From assembly GCA_965203445.1 (NCBI GenBank), contig OZ241883.1:2193843-2257842 (forward strand): a stretch of 64,000 nucleotides of DNA, in the 5' to 3' direction. Below are positions 18,658-31,127 of this stretch, one piece after another. This DNA is from Candidatus Oxydemutator sp. (lineage in GTDB: Bacteria > Pseudomonadota > Gammaproteobacteria > Poriferisulfidales > Oxydemutatoraceae). The position numbers and the translations under genes were made by a program. Positions within the stretch are counted from its first letter, which is position 1; each line of letters begins with the position of its first letter. The notes below the pieces were generated by a model. That model had not been told where the DNA came from. It saw only the letters and a program-made list of their open reading frames with translations, and made no database searches.

Positions 18658-18720
18658 TCGAAGCGCGACATTCTCATCCCAGCCCCATTCCAAAGGAAGC
18701 AGGGAGAATACGGAGGAACC

Positions 18721-19899
18721 ATGGACATCCACGAATACCAGGCGAAGGAAATCCTGCAGAAATACGGCGTCAAGACCGCCCCCGGCAAGCTCGCCTACAG
18801 CCCGGCGCAGGCGGTCACCTGCTATCGCCAGATCGGCACGCCGACCTGTGTCGTCAAGGCGCAGATCCATTCCGGCGCGCGCGGCAAGGCCGGCGGCGTC
18901 AAGCTGTGTTCGAGCGAGGACGAGGTGCAGAAAGCCACCAACCAGATGATCGGCACGCGCCTGGTGACGATCCAGACCGGGCCGCAGGGCAAGATCGTCG
19001 AGAAGGTCTATATCGAGGCCGGCACCGAGATCGGGCGCGAACTCTACCTGGCCTTCGTGCTCGACCGCGCCACCGAGCGCATCGTCGCGATCGCCTCGGG
19101 CGTCGGCGGCATCGGCATAGAGGAACTCGCCGCCGAACACCCACAGTCCATCGTGCGCATCCCGATAGACCCGGCCGTGGATCTGCGGCGTTTTCAGGCG
19201 GCCGAGATCGCGTTCGCGCTCGAGATGCCGAAGAACCTGCTGAACGCCGCGATCAATACGATCACCGGTTGCTACCGTGCGTTCGTCAAGTCGGACGCGA
19301 GCCTGGTCGAGGTCAATCCGCTGGTCATCACCAAGAACCAGGAGCAACTGATCGCGCTCGACGCCAAGATGATCGTGGACGACAACGCGCTGTTCAAGCA
19401 CCCGGAGATCTCGGAGATGCGCGACAAGTCGCAGGAGGACGCGCGCGAGACCAGGGCCTCCGACCACGACCTCAGCTACGTCGGCTTGGACGGCAACATC
19501 GGCTGTATGATCAACGGCGCCGGACTTGCGATGGCGACGATGGACATGATCAAGCACGCCGGTGGCGAACCGGCCAACTTTCTCGACATCGGCGGCGGTG
19601 CGTCGCCGGAACGGGTCACCAAGGCGTTCGAGCTGGTGCTCGAGGACAAGAACGTCAAGGCGATGCTGGTCAACATCTACGCCGGCATCAACCGCTGCGA
19701 CTGGATCGCCGAGGGCCTGATCAAGGCGGTGCGCGCGATAGACCTGAAGGTGCCGCTGGTGGTGCGCCTGTCCGGCACCAACGTCGAGGTCGGGCGCGAA
19801 ATGCTGAAGGAGAGCGGTCTGCCGATACTCTCGGCCGACACCCTGGGCGAGGCCGCGCACATGGCCGTCGAGGCCGCCGGCAAAGCCGCGTCCAAATAA
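18721..19899 (+). CDS. mtkA: Malate--CoA ligase (malate thiokinase) beta subunit
   Basis: Near-collinear with Methylobacterium MtkA (MDxHEYQAKE ... AKMxFDDNALF ... GNIGCxVNGAGLAMATMDxIKxxGGEPANFLDxGGGAS). Confidence 0.85.
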   Translation: MDIHEYQAKEILQKYGVKTAPGKLAYSPAQAVTCYRQIGTPTCVVKAQIHSGARGKAGGVKLCSSEDEVQKATNQMIGTRLVTIQTGPQGKIVEKVYIEAGTEIGRELYLAFVLDRATERIVAIASGVGGIGIEELAAEHPQSIVRIPIDPAVDLRRFQAAEIAFALEMPKNLLNAAINTITGCYRAFVKSDASLVEVNPLVITKNQEQLIALDAKMIVDDNALFKHPEISEMRDKSQEDARETRASDHDLSYVGLDGNIGCMINGAGLAMATMDMIKHAGGEPANFLDIGGGASPERVTKAFELVLEDKNVKAMLVNIYAGINRCDWIAEGLIKAVRAIDLKVPLVVRLSGTNVEVGREMLKESGLPILSADTLGEAAHMAVEAAGKAASK

Positions 19900-19921
19900 G
19901 GTCACACCGGAGAACGACATC

Positions 19922-20809
19922 ATGGCGATACTGTTAGACGAAAAAACCAGGGTCATCGTGCAGGGTTTCACCGGCAGGATCGGCACCTTCCACGCGCAGG
20001 AAATGCTCGAATACGGCACCCGCATCGTCGGCGGCGTCACGCCCGGCAAAGGCGGCACCGAGCACCTGGACAAACCGGTGTTCAACACGGTCAAGGAGGC
20101 GGTCGCCGAGACCGGCGCCCAGGCCAGCGTGATGTTCGTGCCGGCCGCGGCCGCGGCCGACTCGATCATGGAGGCCGCCGACGGCGGCATACGCTATTGC
20201 GTCGCGATCACCGACGGCATACCGGCGCTTGACATGATGCGCGTCAAGCGCTTCATGCGCCGCTACCGCCGGGAGAAGAAAATGGTGTTGACCGGCCCCA
20301 ACTGCGCCGGCACCATCAGCCCCGGCAAGGCCATGTTGGGCATCATGCCGGGCCACATCTACAAGGCCGGGCACGTCGGCGTCGTCGCCCGCTCCGGAAC
20401 CCTCGGCTACGAGGCGGCGTCGCAGATGAAAGCCGCCGGCATCGGCATCTCTACCAGCGTCGGCATCGGCGGCGACCCGATCAACGGCAGCTCGCACCGC
20501 GACGTCCTCGAGATGTTCGAGTGCGACCCCCAGACCCGGGCGGTGATGATGATCGGCGAGATCGGCGGCCCGCAGGAGGCCGAAGCCGCCGACTACATCC
20601 GTCGCTACATGACCAAGCCGGTGGTCGCCTACGTTGCCGGGCTGACCGCGCCCAAGGGGCGGCGCATGGGGCACGCCGGCGCCATCGTCTCGGGCAAGGG
20701 CGAGAGCGCCGCCGAGAAGACCGAAATCCTGAAGGCCGCGGGCGTCGCGATCGCGCCCAACCCGTCGGAACTGGGCTCGACCATGGCCGAGGTTCTACAG
20801 AAACAATAG
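19922..20809 (+). CDS. mtkB: Malate--CoA ligase alpha subunit (succinyl-CoA-synthetase-alpha-like)
   Basis: CoA-binding and ligase-CoA domains (GFTGRIGTFH, SRSGTLGYE, GEIGG). Immediately downstream of mtkA. Confidence 0.85.
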   Translation: MAILLDEKTRVIVQGFTGRIGTFHAQEMLEYGTRIVGGVTPGKGGTEHLDKPVFNTVKEAVAETGAQASVMFVPAAAAADSIMEAADGGIRYCVAITDGIPALDMMRVKRFMRRYRREKKMVLTGPNCAGTISPGKAMLGIMPGHIYKAGHVGVVARSGTLGYEAASQMKAAGIGISTSVGIGGDPINGSSHRDVLEMFECDPQTRAVMMIGEIGGPQEAEAADYIRRYMTKPVVAYVAGLTAPKGRRMGHAGAIVSGKGESAAEKTEILKAAGVAIAPNPSELGSTMAEVLQKQ

Positions 20810-20819
20810 GAACAACATC

Positions 20820-21800
20820 ATGAGCAAAGCGAAACAGAAAGTAATCGTCACGCGACGCTGGCCGTCCGTCGTCGAGGATGAGCTACGGCAGATGTGCGAC
20901 GACGTGCGCCTGAACGAACAAGACCGTCCGCTGTCGCGCGAGCAGCTGCAGGACGCGCTGCGCGACGCCGATTGCGTGCTGCCGACGGTGACCGACGCGA
21001 TGGACGCCGAGACCCTCGGCGTCGAAAACCCGCGCTGTCGGTTCCTCGGCAACTTCGGCGTCGGCTTCAACCACATAGACCTCGAGGCCGCGAAAAAAGC
21101 CGGGATGGCCGTCACCAACACGCCGGAAGTACTGACCGACTGCACCGCCGACATCGCGATGATCCTGCTGCTGTCGGTGGCGCGGCGCATCGGCGAGGGC
21201 GAGCGCCACGTGCGCGCGCGCCAGTGGAGCGGCTGGCGCCCGACCCACATGACCGGCACCAAGGTCACCGGCAAGACGCTCGGACTGGTCGGCTTCGGGC
21301 GCATCGCGTGCGCGGTCGCGCGCCGCGCGCACTTCGGCTTCGGCATGAAAATCCTGTTCCACGACCCGTTCGATCCGCCGCCGGAGGTCGTGCGCGAGCT
21401 GAGCGCGACCCCGTATCCGTCGCTCGAGGCACTGATCCCCGAAGCCGACTTCCTGTCGCTGCACTGCCCCGGCGGCGAAAAAACCTACCATCTGATGAAC
21501 CGCGAACGAATCGCGCTGATGAAACCCGGCGCCTTTCTGATCAACACCGCGCGCGGCGACGTCATAGACAACGAAGCGCTGATCGAGGCGCTGAAAGACC
21601 GCTCGATAGCGGGCGCCGGTTTAGACGTGTATGAAGGCGAACCGGACCTGAACCCCGGCTTTCTCGACCTGGAGAACGCGGTGCTGCTGCCGCATCTCGG
21701 CAGCGCGTCGCAGGAGACCCGCGTCGCCATGGGCCGCCGCGTGCTGCAAAACCTGCGCGCCTGGCTGGCGGGCGAGAAACTGCCCGATCAGGTCGCCTGA
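20820..21800 (+). CDS. hprA: D-isomer-specific 2-hydroxyacid dehydrogenase (hydroxypyruvate/glycerate reductase)
   Basis: NAD-binding GLVGFGRIA and a catalytic R/E/H triad region. Completes the serine-cycle-like cluster. Confidence 0.8.
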   Translation: MSKAKQKVIVTRRWPSVVEDELRQMCDDVRLNEQDRPLSREQLQDALRDADCVLPTVTDAMDAETLGVENPRCRFLGNFGVGFNHIDLEAAKKAGMAVTNTPEVLTDCTADIAMILLLSVARRIGEGERHVRARQWSGWRPTHMTGTKVTGKTLGLVGFGRIACAVARRAHFGFGMKILFHDPFDPPPEVVRELSATPYPSLEALIPEADFLSLHCPGGEKTYHLMNRERIALMKPGAFLINTARGDVIDNEALIEALKDRSIAGAGLDVYEGEPDLNPGFLDLENAVLLPHLGSASQETRVAMGRRVLQNLRAWLAGEKLPDQVA

Positions 21801-21928
21801 AACGCCTAGACCGACCCACCCCGGGCCAGCCCCCGCCCCAACGGGGCCCCAGCGGGCGCGTGGCGGGCAACGTCCCGGAGACGGCCCGCTTTCGCGCCAA
21901 TGACGGACCAAGGAGGACCGGACGGGGC

Positions 21929-24438
<2,510 letters not shown>

Positions 24439-24493
24439 CGCCCGGTCGTCACTTTGCCGTGGTCGCCATGCGTCGCGCGGCGTCGCGGCAACG

Positions 24494-24691
24494 TCAATAG
24501 CCGCGACCGGCGACGTATATCAGCACGGCGCCGCCGATCAGCGCGACCAAACCCAGCGCCCTGAGCCGGAAATTGCTGAGCTGCTCCACCATCCTCGCCA
24601 CGCCGCGCGATTTCTCAGGACTTAAGAACGGCAGCAAACCCTCGAAGATCATCACCAGACCGAGGACCACGAACAAGTCCGACCATCTCAT
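24494..24691 (-). CDS. DUF2065 small membrane protein
   Basis: 65 aa with two TM helices (MRWSDLFVVLGLVMIFEGLLPFLSP). Conserved position between hflC and hisZ. Confidence 0.7.
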   Translation of the reverse strand: MRWSDLFVVLGLVMIFEGLLPFLSPEKSRGVARMVEQLSNFRLRALGLVALIGGAVLIYVAGRGY

Positions 24692-24781
24692 TCGGGACTA
24701 TCCGTCGCCATGTCGGTAACAAGCGGTGGCAGGCTGCGCGGTTGCGGGGTGAGCGCCGTAGGACGCGGGGAGCCACCCGAC

Positions 24782-25642
24782 TCAGGGGCTGCCTTGTTTG
24801 TCGAAATAATTGAAAAACTCCGAATCGGGTTCGACCACGAGCGTATCGTTGCCGCCGAAGGCGTCCTCGTAGGCGCCGATGCTGCGCATGAAGGCGTAGA
24901 ACTCAGGATCCAGGTTATAGGCCTCGGCATAGGTCTTGGCCGAGGTGGCGTCGCCGTCGCCGCGAATTTTCTCGGCCTCACGGTAGGCGTCGGCGACGAT
25001 CTCGATGCGCTCGCGGTCGGCCTTGGCGCGGATGCGCTCGGCCTCCTCCATGCCGCGCGCGCGGAAGTCCCTGGCCACGCGGTTGCGCTCGGCGCGCATG
25101 CGCGAATACACCGCGCCGCTGACGTCGTCGGGCAGATCAATGCGGCTTACGCGCACGTCCACGACCTCGATGCCCAGTTCGCTGGCAAGCGAGTTGGCCT
25201 TGACTTGCAGACTCTCCATGATCGCGCTGCGCTCGCCGGAGACGGCCTGCTTGATCGTGCGCTTGCCGAACTCGTTGCGCAGGCCATCCTTCATGATCTG
25301 CGACAGGCGGCTCTGGGCGTTGCGCTCGTCGCCGCGCGTCGCGCGGTAGTACTGCGCCACGTTGAGGATGCGCCACTTGGCGAAGAAGTCCACGGTGACG
25401 TTCTTCTTCTCGACCGTCAGGAAGCTTTCCGGGCGCGCGTTCAGCGTCAGGATGCGCGCGTCGAACACGCGCGCGTTGTTGATCAACGGGTATTTGAAAT
25501 GCAACCCCGGCTTGACGTCGGAACGCACGATCTCGCCCAGGCGGAACAGCAGCGCCTTCTCGCGCTGATCGACGATATAGGTCGAGAAATAGACGACGAC
25601 CGCAAGCAGGGCGACGACGGCGCCGGTCACTTTAGCGCCCAT
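24782..25642 (-). CDS. hflC: Protease modulator HflC
   Basis: SPFH/band-7 domain with an N-terminal TM helix. Downstream of hflK with an 11-nt overlap. Confidence 0.9.
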   Translation of the reverse strand: MGAKVTGAVVALLAVVVYFSTYIVDQREKALLFRLGEIVRSDVKPGLHFKYPLINNARVFDARILTLNARPESFLTVEKKNVTVDFFAKWRILNVAQYYRATRGDERNAQSRLSQIMKDGLRNEFGKRTIKQAVSGERSAIMESLQVKANSLASELGIEVVDVRVSRIDLPDDVSGAVYSRMRAERNRVARDFRARGMEEAERIRAKADRERIEIVADAYREAEKIRGDGDATSAKTYAEAYNLDPEFYAFMRSIGAYEDAFGGNDTLVVEPDSEFFNYFDKQGSP

Positions 25643-26801
25643 CGCGTCCCTCTCTCGCGCCGCGCAACGCGCGACGCGCCTGCGACGTCATCTTTTCGCG
25701 CATGGACTGCGCGTCGCCGGACGAGGTGCCGGCGTCACCGGCGGCTTCGGGCACGGGCGGCACGTTGCCACCACCCTTCATCAGGCGGTCGAGCGGCAGG
25801 TAGAATATGTTGTTGCTGCCCTTGACGTCCACCATGACCTTGTTGCTCTTCGACAATACCGACTGCATCGCCTGCAGATAGAGGCGCTTGCGCGTGACCT
25901 CGGGCGCCTTGCGGTATTCCCCGTAGAGCTTCAGAAAGCGATGCGCCTCGCCCTCGGAGTTCGCGGTCACGCGCTCGCGGTAGGCGGTCGCCTCCTGCAC
26001 CATGCGCGCGGCCTCGCCACGCGCCTGCGGGATGATGCCGTTGGAGTAGGCCTCGGCCTCGTTGATGAAGCGGATCTCGTCCTCGCGCGCCTTGATGGCG
26101 TCGGCGAACGCGCCCTGCACCGCCTCCGGCGGCTGCGACTGCTGCAAGTTCACCGTCACCACCTCGAGGCCGGAGCGGTACTGGTCCAGCACCTGCTGCA
26201 TCAGCTGCTTGATGCGCGCGGCGATCTCGGCGCGCCCCTCGCCCAGCACGAAGTCCATGCGGCTCTTGCCGACGACCTCGCGCAGCGCGCTCTCCATGAC
26301 CTGGAACAGGGTGCCGACCGACTGGTCGCGGAAGTCCTCGCCGACGTCCGGCAGGCGCACGTTGAACAGATAGTTCGAGGCGTCCTTGACGCGGTACTGC
26401 ACCGCCAGCTCGACCTCGACGATGTTCTCGTCCTCGGTCAGCATGTGCGACTTGTTGGTCGCCGAGCGAATACGGTCAACGTCCACTTCCTCGACCGTCT
26501 CTATCGGGTACGGAATGTGCCAGTGCGGACCGGGCAGCGTCGTCGCACTGTACGCGCCGAAGCGCAACTCCACCCCGCGCTGGCCCTCGCTGACGATGTA
26601 GATGCCGGAGAACAGCCAGATCACTACGAGCAGCGCGGCTATCAGGCCGAGATTCAGCGAGCTGATCCTGCCGCCGCCACCCTTGCCGCCGAAGCCGCCA
26701 CCGAACATCTTGCGAAATATCTCGAACAAATCGGGCGGGCCGCCGCCGGCGCCGGATTTCCACGGATCGCGTTCGCCGTTTGATGATTGGTTCCAAGGCA
26801 T
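25632..26801 (-). CDS. hflK: Protease modulator HflK
   Basis: N-terminal MPWNQSSNGERDPWKSG matches the E. coli HflK N-terminus. SPFH domain follows. Start set at the internal ATG 26801. Confidence 0.9.
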   Translation of the reverse strand: MPWNQSSNGERDPWKSGAGGGPPDLFEIFRKMFGGGFGGKGGGGRISSLNLGLIAALLVVIWLFSGIYIVSEGQRGVELRFGAYSATTLPGPHWHIPYPIETVEEVDVDRIRSATNKSHMLTEDENIVEVELAVQYRVKDASNYLFNVRLPDVGEDFRDQSVGTLFQVMESALREVVGKSRMDFVLGEGRAEIAARIKQLMQQVLDQYRSGLEVVTVNLQQSQPPEAVQGAFADAIKAREDEIRFINEAEAYSNGIIPQARGEAARMVQEATAYRERVTANSEGEAHRFLKLYGEYRKAPEVTRKRLYLQAMQSVLSKSNKVMVDVKGSNNIFYLPLDRLMKGGGNVPPVPEAAGDAGTSSGDAQSMREKMTSQARRALRGAREGRDGR

Positions 26802-26967
26802 GATGGTCAGTATATTGAAAGTCGCCTGCGGGCGCAAGATTGTATAAGGCCAGAAACATACTGGACTCTATTCCGAACGGCAAAAGGTGGCCGACGTGCT
26901 TTATTTACACGTCGGCTGTCTTTTTGCGGCTAGGATATTGTCCGGTATGTTTCTGGCCCCATACACC

Positions 26968-27651
26968 TCAGCGTGCCGCCAGTTGTCGCAGCACCTCGTG
27001 CGCGACCGGCGCGGACGACGCCGGGTTCTGGCCGGTTATCAAGTTGTCCGCCACCGCGACGTGCGGCTGCCAGTCGTCGCCCTTGGAATAGCGCCCGCCG
27101 TTCTCTTTCAGGTCATCCTCGACCAGAAAAGGCACGACGTCGCGCAATCCGGCCGCGTCCTCCTCGGTGTTGGAAAAACCCGTCACCGCGCGGTGGCGCA
27201 CCAATGGCGCGCCGTCCGGCGTCTTCGCGCGACGCAGCACGCACGGCCCGTGGCAGACCGCTGCGACCGGCTTGCCGGCGGCGTGCATCGTCTCGACCAG
27301 CGCGATTGAGGAAGCGTCCTCGGCCAGATCCCACAACGGCCCGTGGCCACCCGGATAAAACACCGCATCGTAGTCCGCGCCCGACACGTCGGCCAGCTTC
27401 AACGTGGCGGCGAGCGCCTGCTGCGCCTCGTCGTCGCCCTTGAAGCGCGTGATCGCCTCGGTCTGCGAAGCAGGATCGTCGCTCTTCGGATCGAGCGGCG
27501 GCTGCCCGCCCGCGGGCGAGGCCAGCGCAATCTCGGCGCCGGCGTCTTTGAACACGTAGTACGGCGCCGCCAGCTCCTCGAGCCAGAAACCGGTAGCGGC
27601 ACCAGTGTCGCCGAGGCGGTCGTGGGACGTCAAGACTATCAGGATTTTCAT
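26968..27651 (-). CDS. DJ-1/PfpI family (type 1 glutamine amidotransferase-like) protein
   Basis: Nucleophile elbow AVCHGP. 227 aa with the DJ-1/ThiJ fold. Inserted between hflX and hflK. Confidence 0.85.
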   Translation of the reverse strand: MKILIVLTSHDRLGDTGAATGFWLEELAAPYYVFKDAGAEIALASPAGGQPPLDPKSDDPASQTEAITRFKGDDEAQQALAATLKLADVSGADYDAVFYPGGHGPLWDLAEDASSIALVETMHAAGKPVAAVCHGPCVLRRAKTPDGAPLVRHRAVTGFSNTEEDAAGLRDVVPFLVEDDLKENGGRYSKGDDWQPHVAVADNLITGQNPASSAPVAHEVLRQLAAR

Positions 27652-27737
27652 TTGATGATTATACCGCCAATCCCGGACAACGGCAAAGTTCCAAGACCAA
27701 TGGGAGGACTATCTGATCTACTCGAACACGCGAACCG

Positions 27738-29051
27738 TCAAGTGCGCAGACCGGCACCAGCGCGGCCGTCGCGCACCGCGACGCGGCCGAAGCGTTTTTG
27801 CAGTCTCCGCAGCGCGATCTCTCCCAGCTCGAAGCGCAGGCTCCAACCCTCGTCCGGAACGTAGCGCTCGCTCAGGATGCTGCCGTTGTCGTAGAGGAAA
27901 GCGCGCAAGGCGGGGGCGCCGACCGGCACGTCGAGCCGGTAGATGCGCCGACGCGGCGACAGTTGCTCGTGCAGGGCCCGTTTGAGCAAATCCAGCCCCT
28001 GCCGCGCCAGCGCCGACAAGCGCACGCCGGCGACGCCGGCACGCGCGCCGTTGCCGCGCACCAGGCACGGCTGCTCGCCGATGCGATCTATCTTGTTGAA
28101 CACGTTGATCTTCGGGATGCCGGCGGCGCCGATCGAGGCGAGCACCACCTCGACCTGGTGGCGGCGTTCGGCGCAGTCCGGATCGGAGGCGTCCTCGACG
28201 TGCACGATCAAGTCGGACTCGCGCACTTCCAGCAGCGTCGCATTGAACGCCTCGACCAGTTCGTGCGGCAGATTGCGGATGAAGCCGACCGTGTCGCCGA
28301 TCAACACGCCGCCGCCGGGAAGATTCACCTTGCGAACGAGCGGATCGAGCGTCGCGAACATCCTGCTCTCGCCGTCGGCGCCGGATTCGGTCAGCGCGCG
28401 GAACAGGGTGGATTTGCCGGCGTTGGTGTAACCCACCAGCGCGACCGAGAACAGCGCGTTCTTGCGGCGCCGGCGCCGGCGCTGCCGACGCTGGCGCTTG
28501 ATGCGCTCGAGCTGGCGCGCGATGCCGTCCATGCGCCGGCGCAGGAGACGGCGGTCGGTCTCGAGCTGCTTCTCGCCGGGGCCACGCAGGCCGATGCCGC
28601 CCTTTTGCCGCTCGAGGTGGCTCCAGCCACGCACAAGGCGCGTCGAGAGGTACTCGAGCTGCGCCAGTTCGACCTGCAACTTGCCCTCGTGCGACTGCGC
28701 CCTCTGCGAGAAAATGTCCAGTATCAGGCCGGTGCGGTCGAGCACCCTCGCCTGGATGCGGCTTTCGAGGTTGCGCTCCTGCCCCGGCGTCAGGTCGCGG
28801 TCCACAATCAGCAGACGCACGTCGTTTTCACGCACCCATTGCCGAACCTCCTCGGCCTTGCCGCTGCCGATGAAGTAGCGGGGATCGGGGCGGGTGCGAC
28901 GCGCGCGCATCAAACCGCGACTCTCTACGCCAGCAGACGCGGCCAATTCGACAAACTCATTTAGACCGCGCCGCCCGCCGCGTGCGCCGACGGCAACGGA
29001 CATCAGCAACGCCGCGCTGCGGTCAGCGGCGGCGGCGGTTTCGTCCGTCAT
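27738..29051 (-). CDS. hflX: GTPase HflX
   Basis: HflX N-terminal domain (PRYFIGSGKAEE, IDRTGLILDIFSQRA) and G domain GYTNAGKST. Confidence 0.9.
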   Translation of the reverse strand: MTDETAAAADRSAALLMSVAVGARGGRRGLNEFVELAASAGVESRGLMRARRTRPDPRYFIGSGKAEEVRQWVRENDVRLLIVDRDLTPGQERNLESRIQARVLDRTGLILDIFSQRAQSHEGKLQVELAQLEYLSTRLVRGWSHLERQKGGIGLRGPGEKQLETDRRLLRRRMDGIARQLERIKRQRRQRRRRRRKNALFSVALVGYTNAGKSTLFRALTESGADGESRMFATLDPLVRKVNLPGGGVLIGDTVGFIRNLPHELVEAFNATLLEVRESDLIVHVEDASDPDCAERRHQVEVVLASIGAAGIPKINVFNKIDRIGEQPCLVRGNGARAGVAGVRLSALARQGLDLLKRALHEQLSPRRRIYRLDVPVGAPALRAFLYDNGSILSERYVPDEGWSLRFELGEIALRRLQKRFGRVAVRDGRAGAGLRT

Positions 29052-29216
29052 CGGCCTCCATGGGGGGCATCATATGGGAATTATATACATGACACCATCG
29101 AGTGGTACCGTGTATCCATTTGACGTTCCACCAGATGAGTCGCCCCTCCGGTTTTACCACGTCCAGCAGCCCCATTCCCGAAGGCCAATATGTTCCATGC
29201 GGTATTCACGTCCGCA

Positions 29217-29549
29217 TTATCCCGATAGCCGCACGTGAAATCCCGGGCGGCCGCCCTCCTTCTTGAAGAATTGCCGGTATGCCGTCTCTATAGGCTTCAA
29301 CGACTGCCGCACTATCGCCATGGAATACTCCTGCAACCACGTATCCTCGTCCCTGCGCAACGACGTGAACCGCTTTCCCAGGGAATAAAACCGGTAATGG
29401 CACTCGTTATGCGTGGCGTACTCGCCACGCAACTTGGCCACAAAATGGTTCCACACGAACCGGCACGCACCGGCGGTGCCCGCCAACTTGCGCGCCTTGG
29501 CCTGCGTCTGCGTGTGCAGCCGATAGCCGATTGTCCGGTGTGTCTTCAT
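29217..29549 (-). mobile_element. Truncated TnpB (IS200/IS605-family OrfB) N-terminal remnant
   Basis: The N-terminal OrfB HTH pattern YRLHTQTQAKARKLAGTAGACRFVWNHFVAKLR is present. Only 110 aa remain before hflX begins, so there is no RuvC-like or Zn-finger part. Confidence 0.55.
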
Positions 29550-29883
29550 TCAATCTCGTTTGATGGTATCAAATATATTCCCCATCATATCACTTCTCAA
29601 GGCAGCAGTACGCTTGGAGCGTCGTGGCGGGAGTCTGACGAATACCTGAAGCACGCGGGCAGAGAACACTGCTGCACCTACCCGCGTCGTCCGAAGAGGA
29701 ACGCCCGAAGAGGAATACACCGGGAAAGCGCTTCAACTTCAACCCGGCAGGAGGAGTTCGCGGATTACCAGGAACATGGATTGTTTGTGGCCCCATACAT
29801 ACACTTTATTTCTGGCGGCGTGGCCATTATGATAGCAGCCCGAACGGGGTGGCGCGCCGCCACGACCCAAGCCAGAGACGACG

Positions 29884-31074
29884 ATGCCGACCAGACCCTT
29901 CGCCCAACGTACGCAAAAAATCAGCCCGTCGCAGACGCTCAGCATATCGGCGCTGTCGAACCGGTTGCGCGCCGAGGGCAAGGACGTCATCAACCTGGCC
30001 GTCGGCCAGCCGGATTTTCCGACGCCGGAACACGTCAAGGACGCGGCCGCGCGCGCGATGCGCGACGGCAAGACCGGTTATACCGCGGTCGACGGCACCG
30101 CGGAACTGAAGCAGGCCATCGTGAACAAGCTCAAACGCGACAACGACCTCGACTACGCGAGCGAACAAATCATAGTGTCGTGCGGCGCCAAGCACAGCCT
30201 CTACAACCTTTGCCAGGCGCTGCTCGACGACGGCGACGAGGTGCTGACGCCGGCGCCGTTTTGGATCTCGTACCCGGAAATGATCAAGCTCGCCGACGCC
30301 GAGCCGGTGATTATCGCCGCCGACGGCGCCCAGAACTACAAGATTACCGCGCCGCAGTTGCGGCGCTACATCAACGAGAATACCCGGCTGCTGATGCTGA
30401 ACAGTCCGAACAACCCGTCGGGGATGTTGTACTCAAGGGACGAACTGGCGGCGCTCGCCGAAGTGCTGTTGCAGCACCCGAACGTCTATATATGCAGCGA
30501 CGACATCTACGAACACTTCGTGTTCACCGGCGAACCGTTCGTGAACATCGTCAACGTATGCCCGGAGCTGCACGCCAGAACCATCGTGATCAACGGCGTG
30601 TCGAAGGCCTACTCGATGACCGGCTGGCGCATCGGCTACGCCGCCGGCCCCGAAAAACTGATAGCGGTGATGAAAAAAATCCAGTCGCAGAGCACCTCGA
30701 ACCCGTGCTCGATCTCGCAGGAGGCGGCGCGCGCGGCGATGGACGGGCCGCTCGATTTCGTCGTCAACATGCGCGAGACCTTCACCGCGCGCCGCGCCTA
30801 CGCCTACGACGCGCTGCAAAAAATGGACGGCGTAGAGGCGCTGGAACCGGACGGAAGTTTTTATATATTCCCGAATTTTTCGGGCGTCATCGAGCGCCAC
30901 CCCGAGGTGAACAACGACTTGGAATTGGCCGAGTATCTATTGATGAAACACCACGTGGCGACGGTGCCGGGCATCGCGTTCGGCATGGCCAACCACCTGC
31001 GCTTCTCGTTCGCGACCGAAACCGAGACGTTGAAAAGAGCCATAGACAGGGTCAGGGAAATGGTCGGGGGATGA
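29884..31074 (+). CDS. Aspartate/prephenate aminotransferase (class I)
   Basis: LAVGQPDFPTPEHV, NSPNNPSG and SKAYSMTGWRIGY (PLP lysine). 396 aa. Confidence 0.85.
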   Translation: MPTRPFAQRTQKISPSQTLSISALSNRLRAEGKDVINLAVGQPDFPTPEHVKDAAARAMRDGKTGYTAVDGTAELKQAIVNKLKRDNDLDYASEQIIVSCGAKHSLYNLCQALLDDGDEVLTPAPFWISYPEMIKLADAEPVIIAADGAQNYKITAPQLRRYINENTRLLMLNSPNNPSGMLYSRDELAALAEVLLQHPNVYICSDDIYEHFVFTGEPFVNIVNVCPELHARTIVINGVSKAYSMTGWRIGYAAGPEKLIAVMKKIQSQSTSNPCSISQEAARAAMDGPLDFVVNMRETFTARRAYAYDALQKMDGVEALEPDGSFYIFPNFSGVIERHPEVNNDLELAEYLLMKHHVATVPGIAFGMANHLRFSFATETETLKRAIDRVREMVGG

Positions 31075-31127
31075 TATAATAAAGCCTCTGACGAAGGCGC
31101 GTCGCGCGCGCACGCAGGAGAAACCCG

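Noticed and set aside
17596-20190. Very long arginine- and alanine-rich ORFs on opposite strands or in alternate frames, for example 17596-20190 minus, 17808-19937 plus, 21621-22898 minus, 35107-36729 plus and 3758-4603 minus
   Set aside because: These are compositional artefacts of 65% GC DNA, where stop codons are rare. They overlap genes with strong homology support and have low-complexity R/A/G/P composition.
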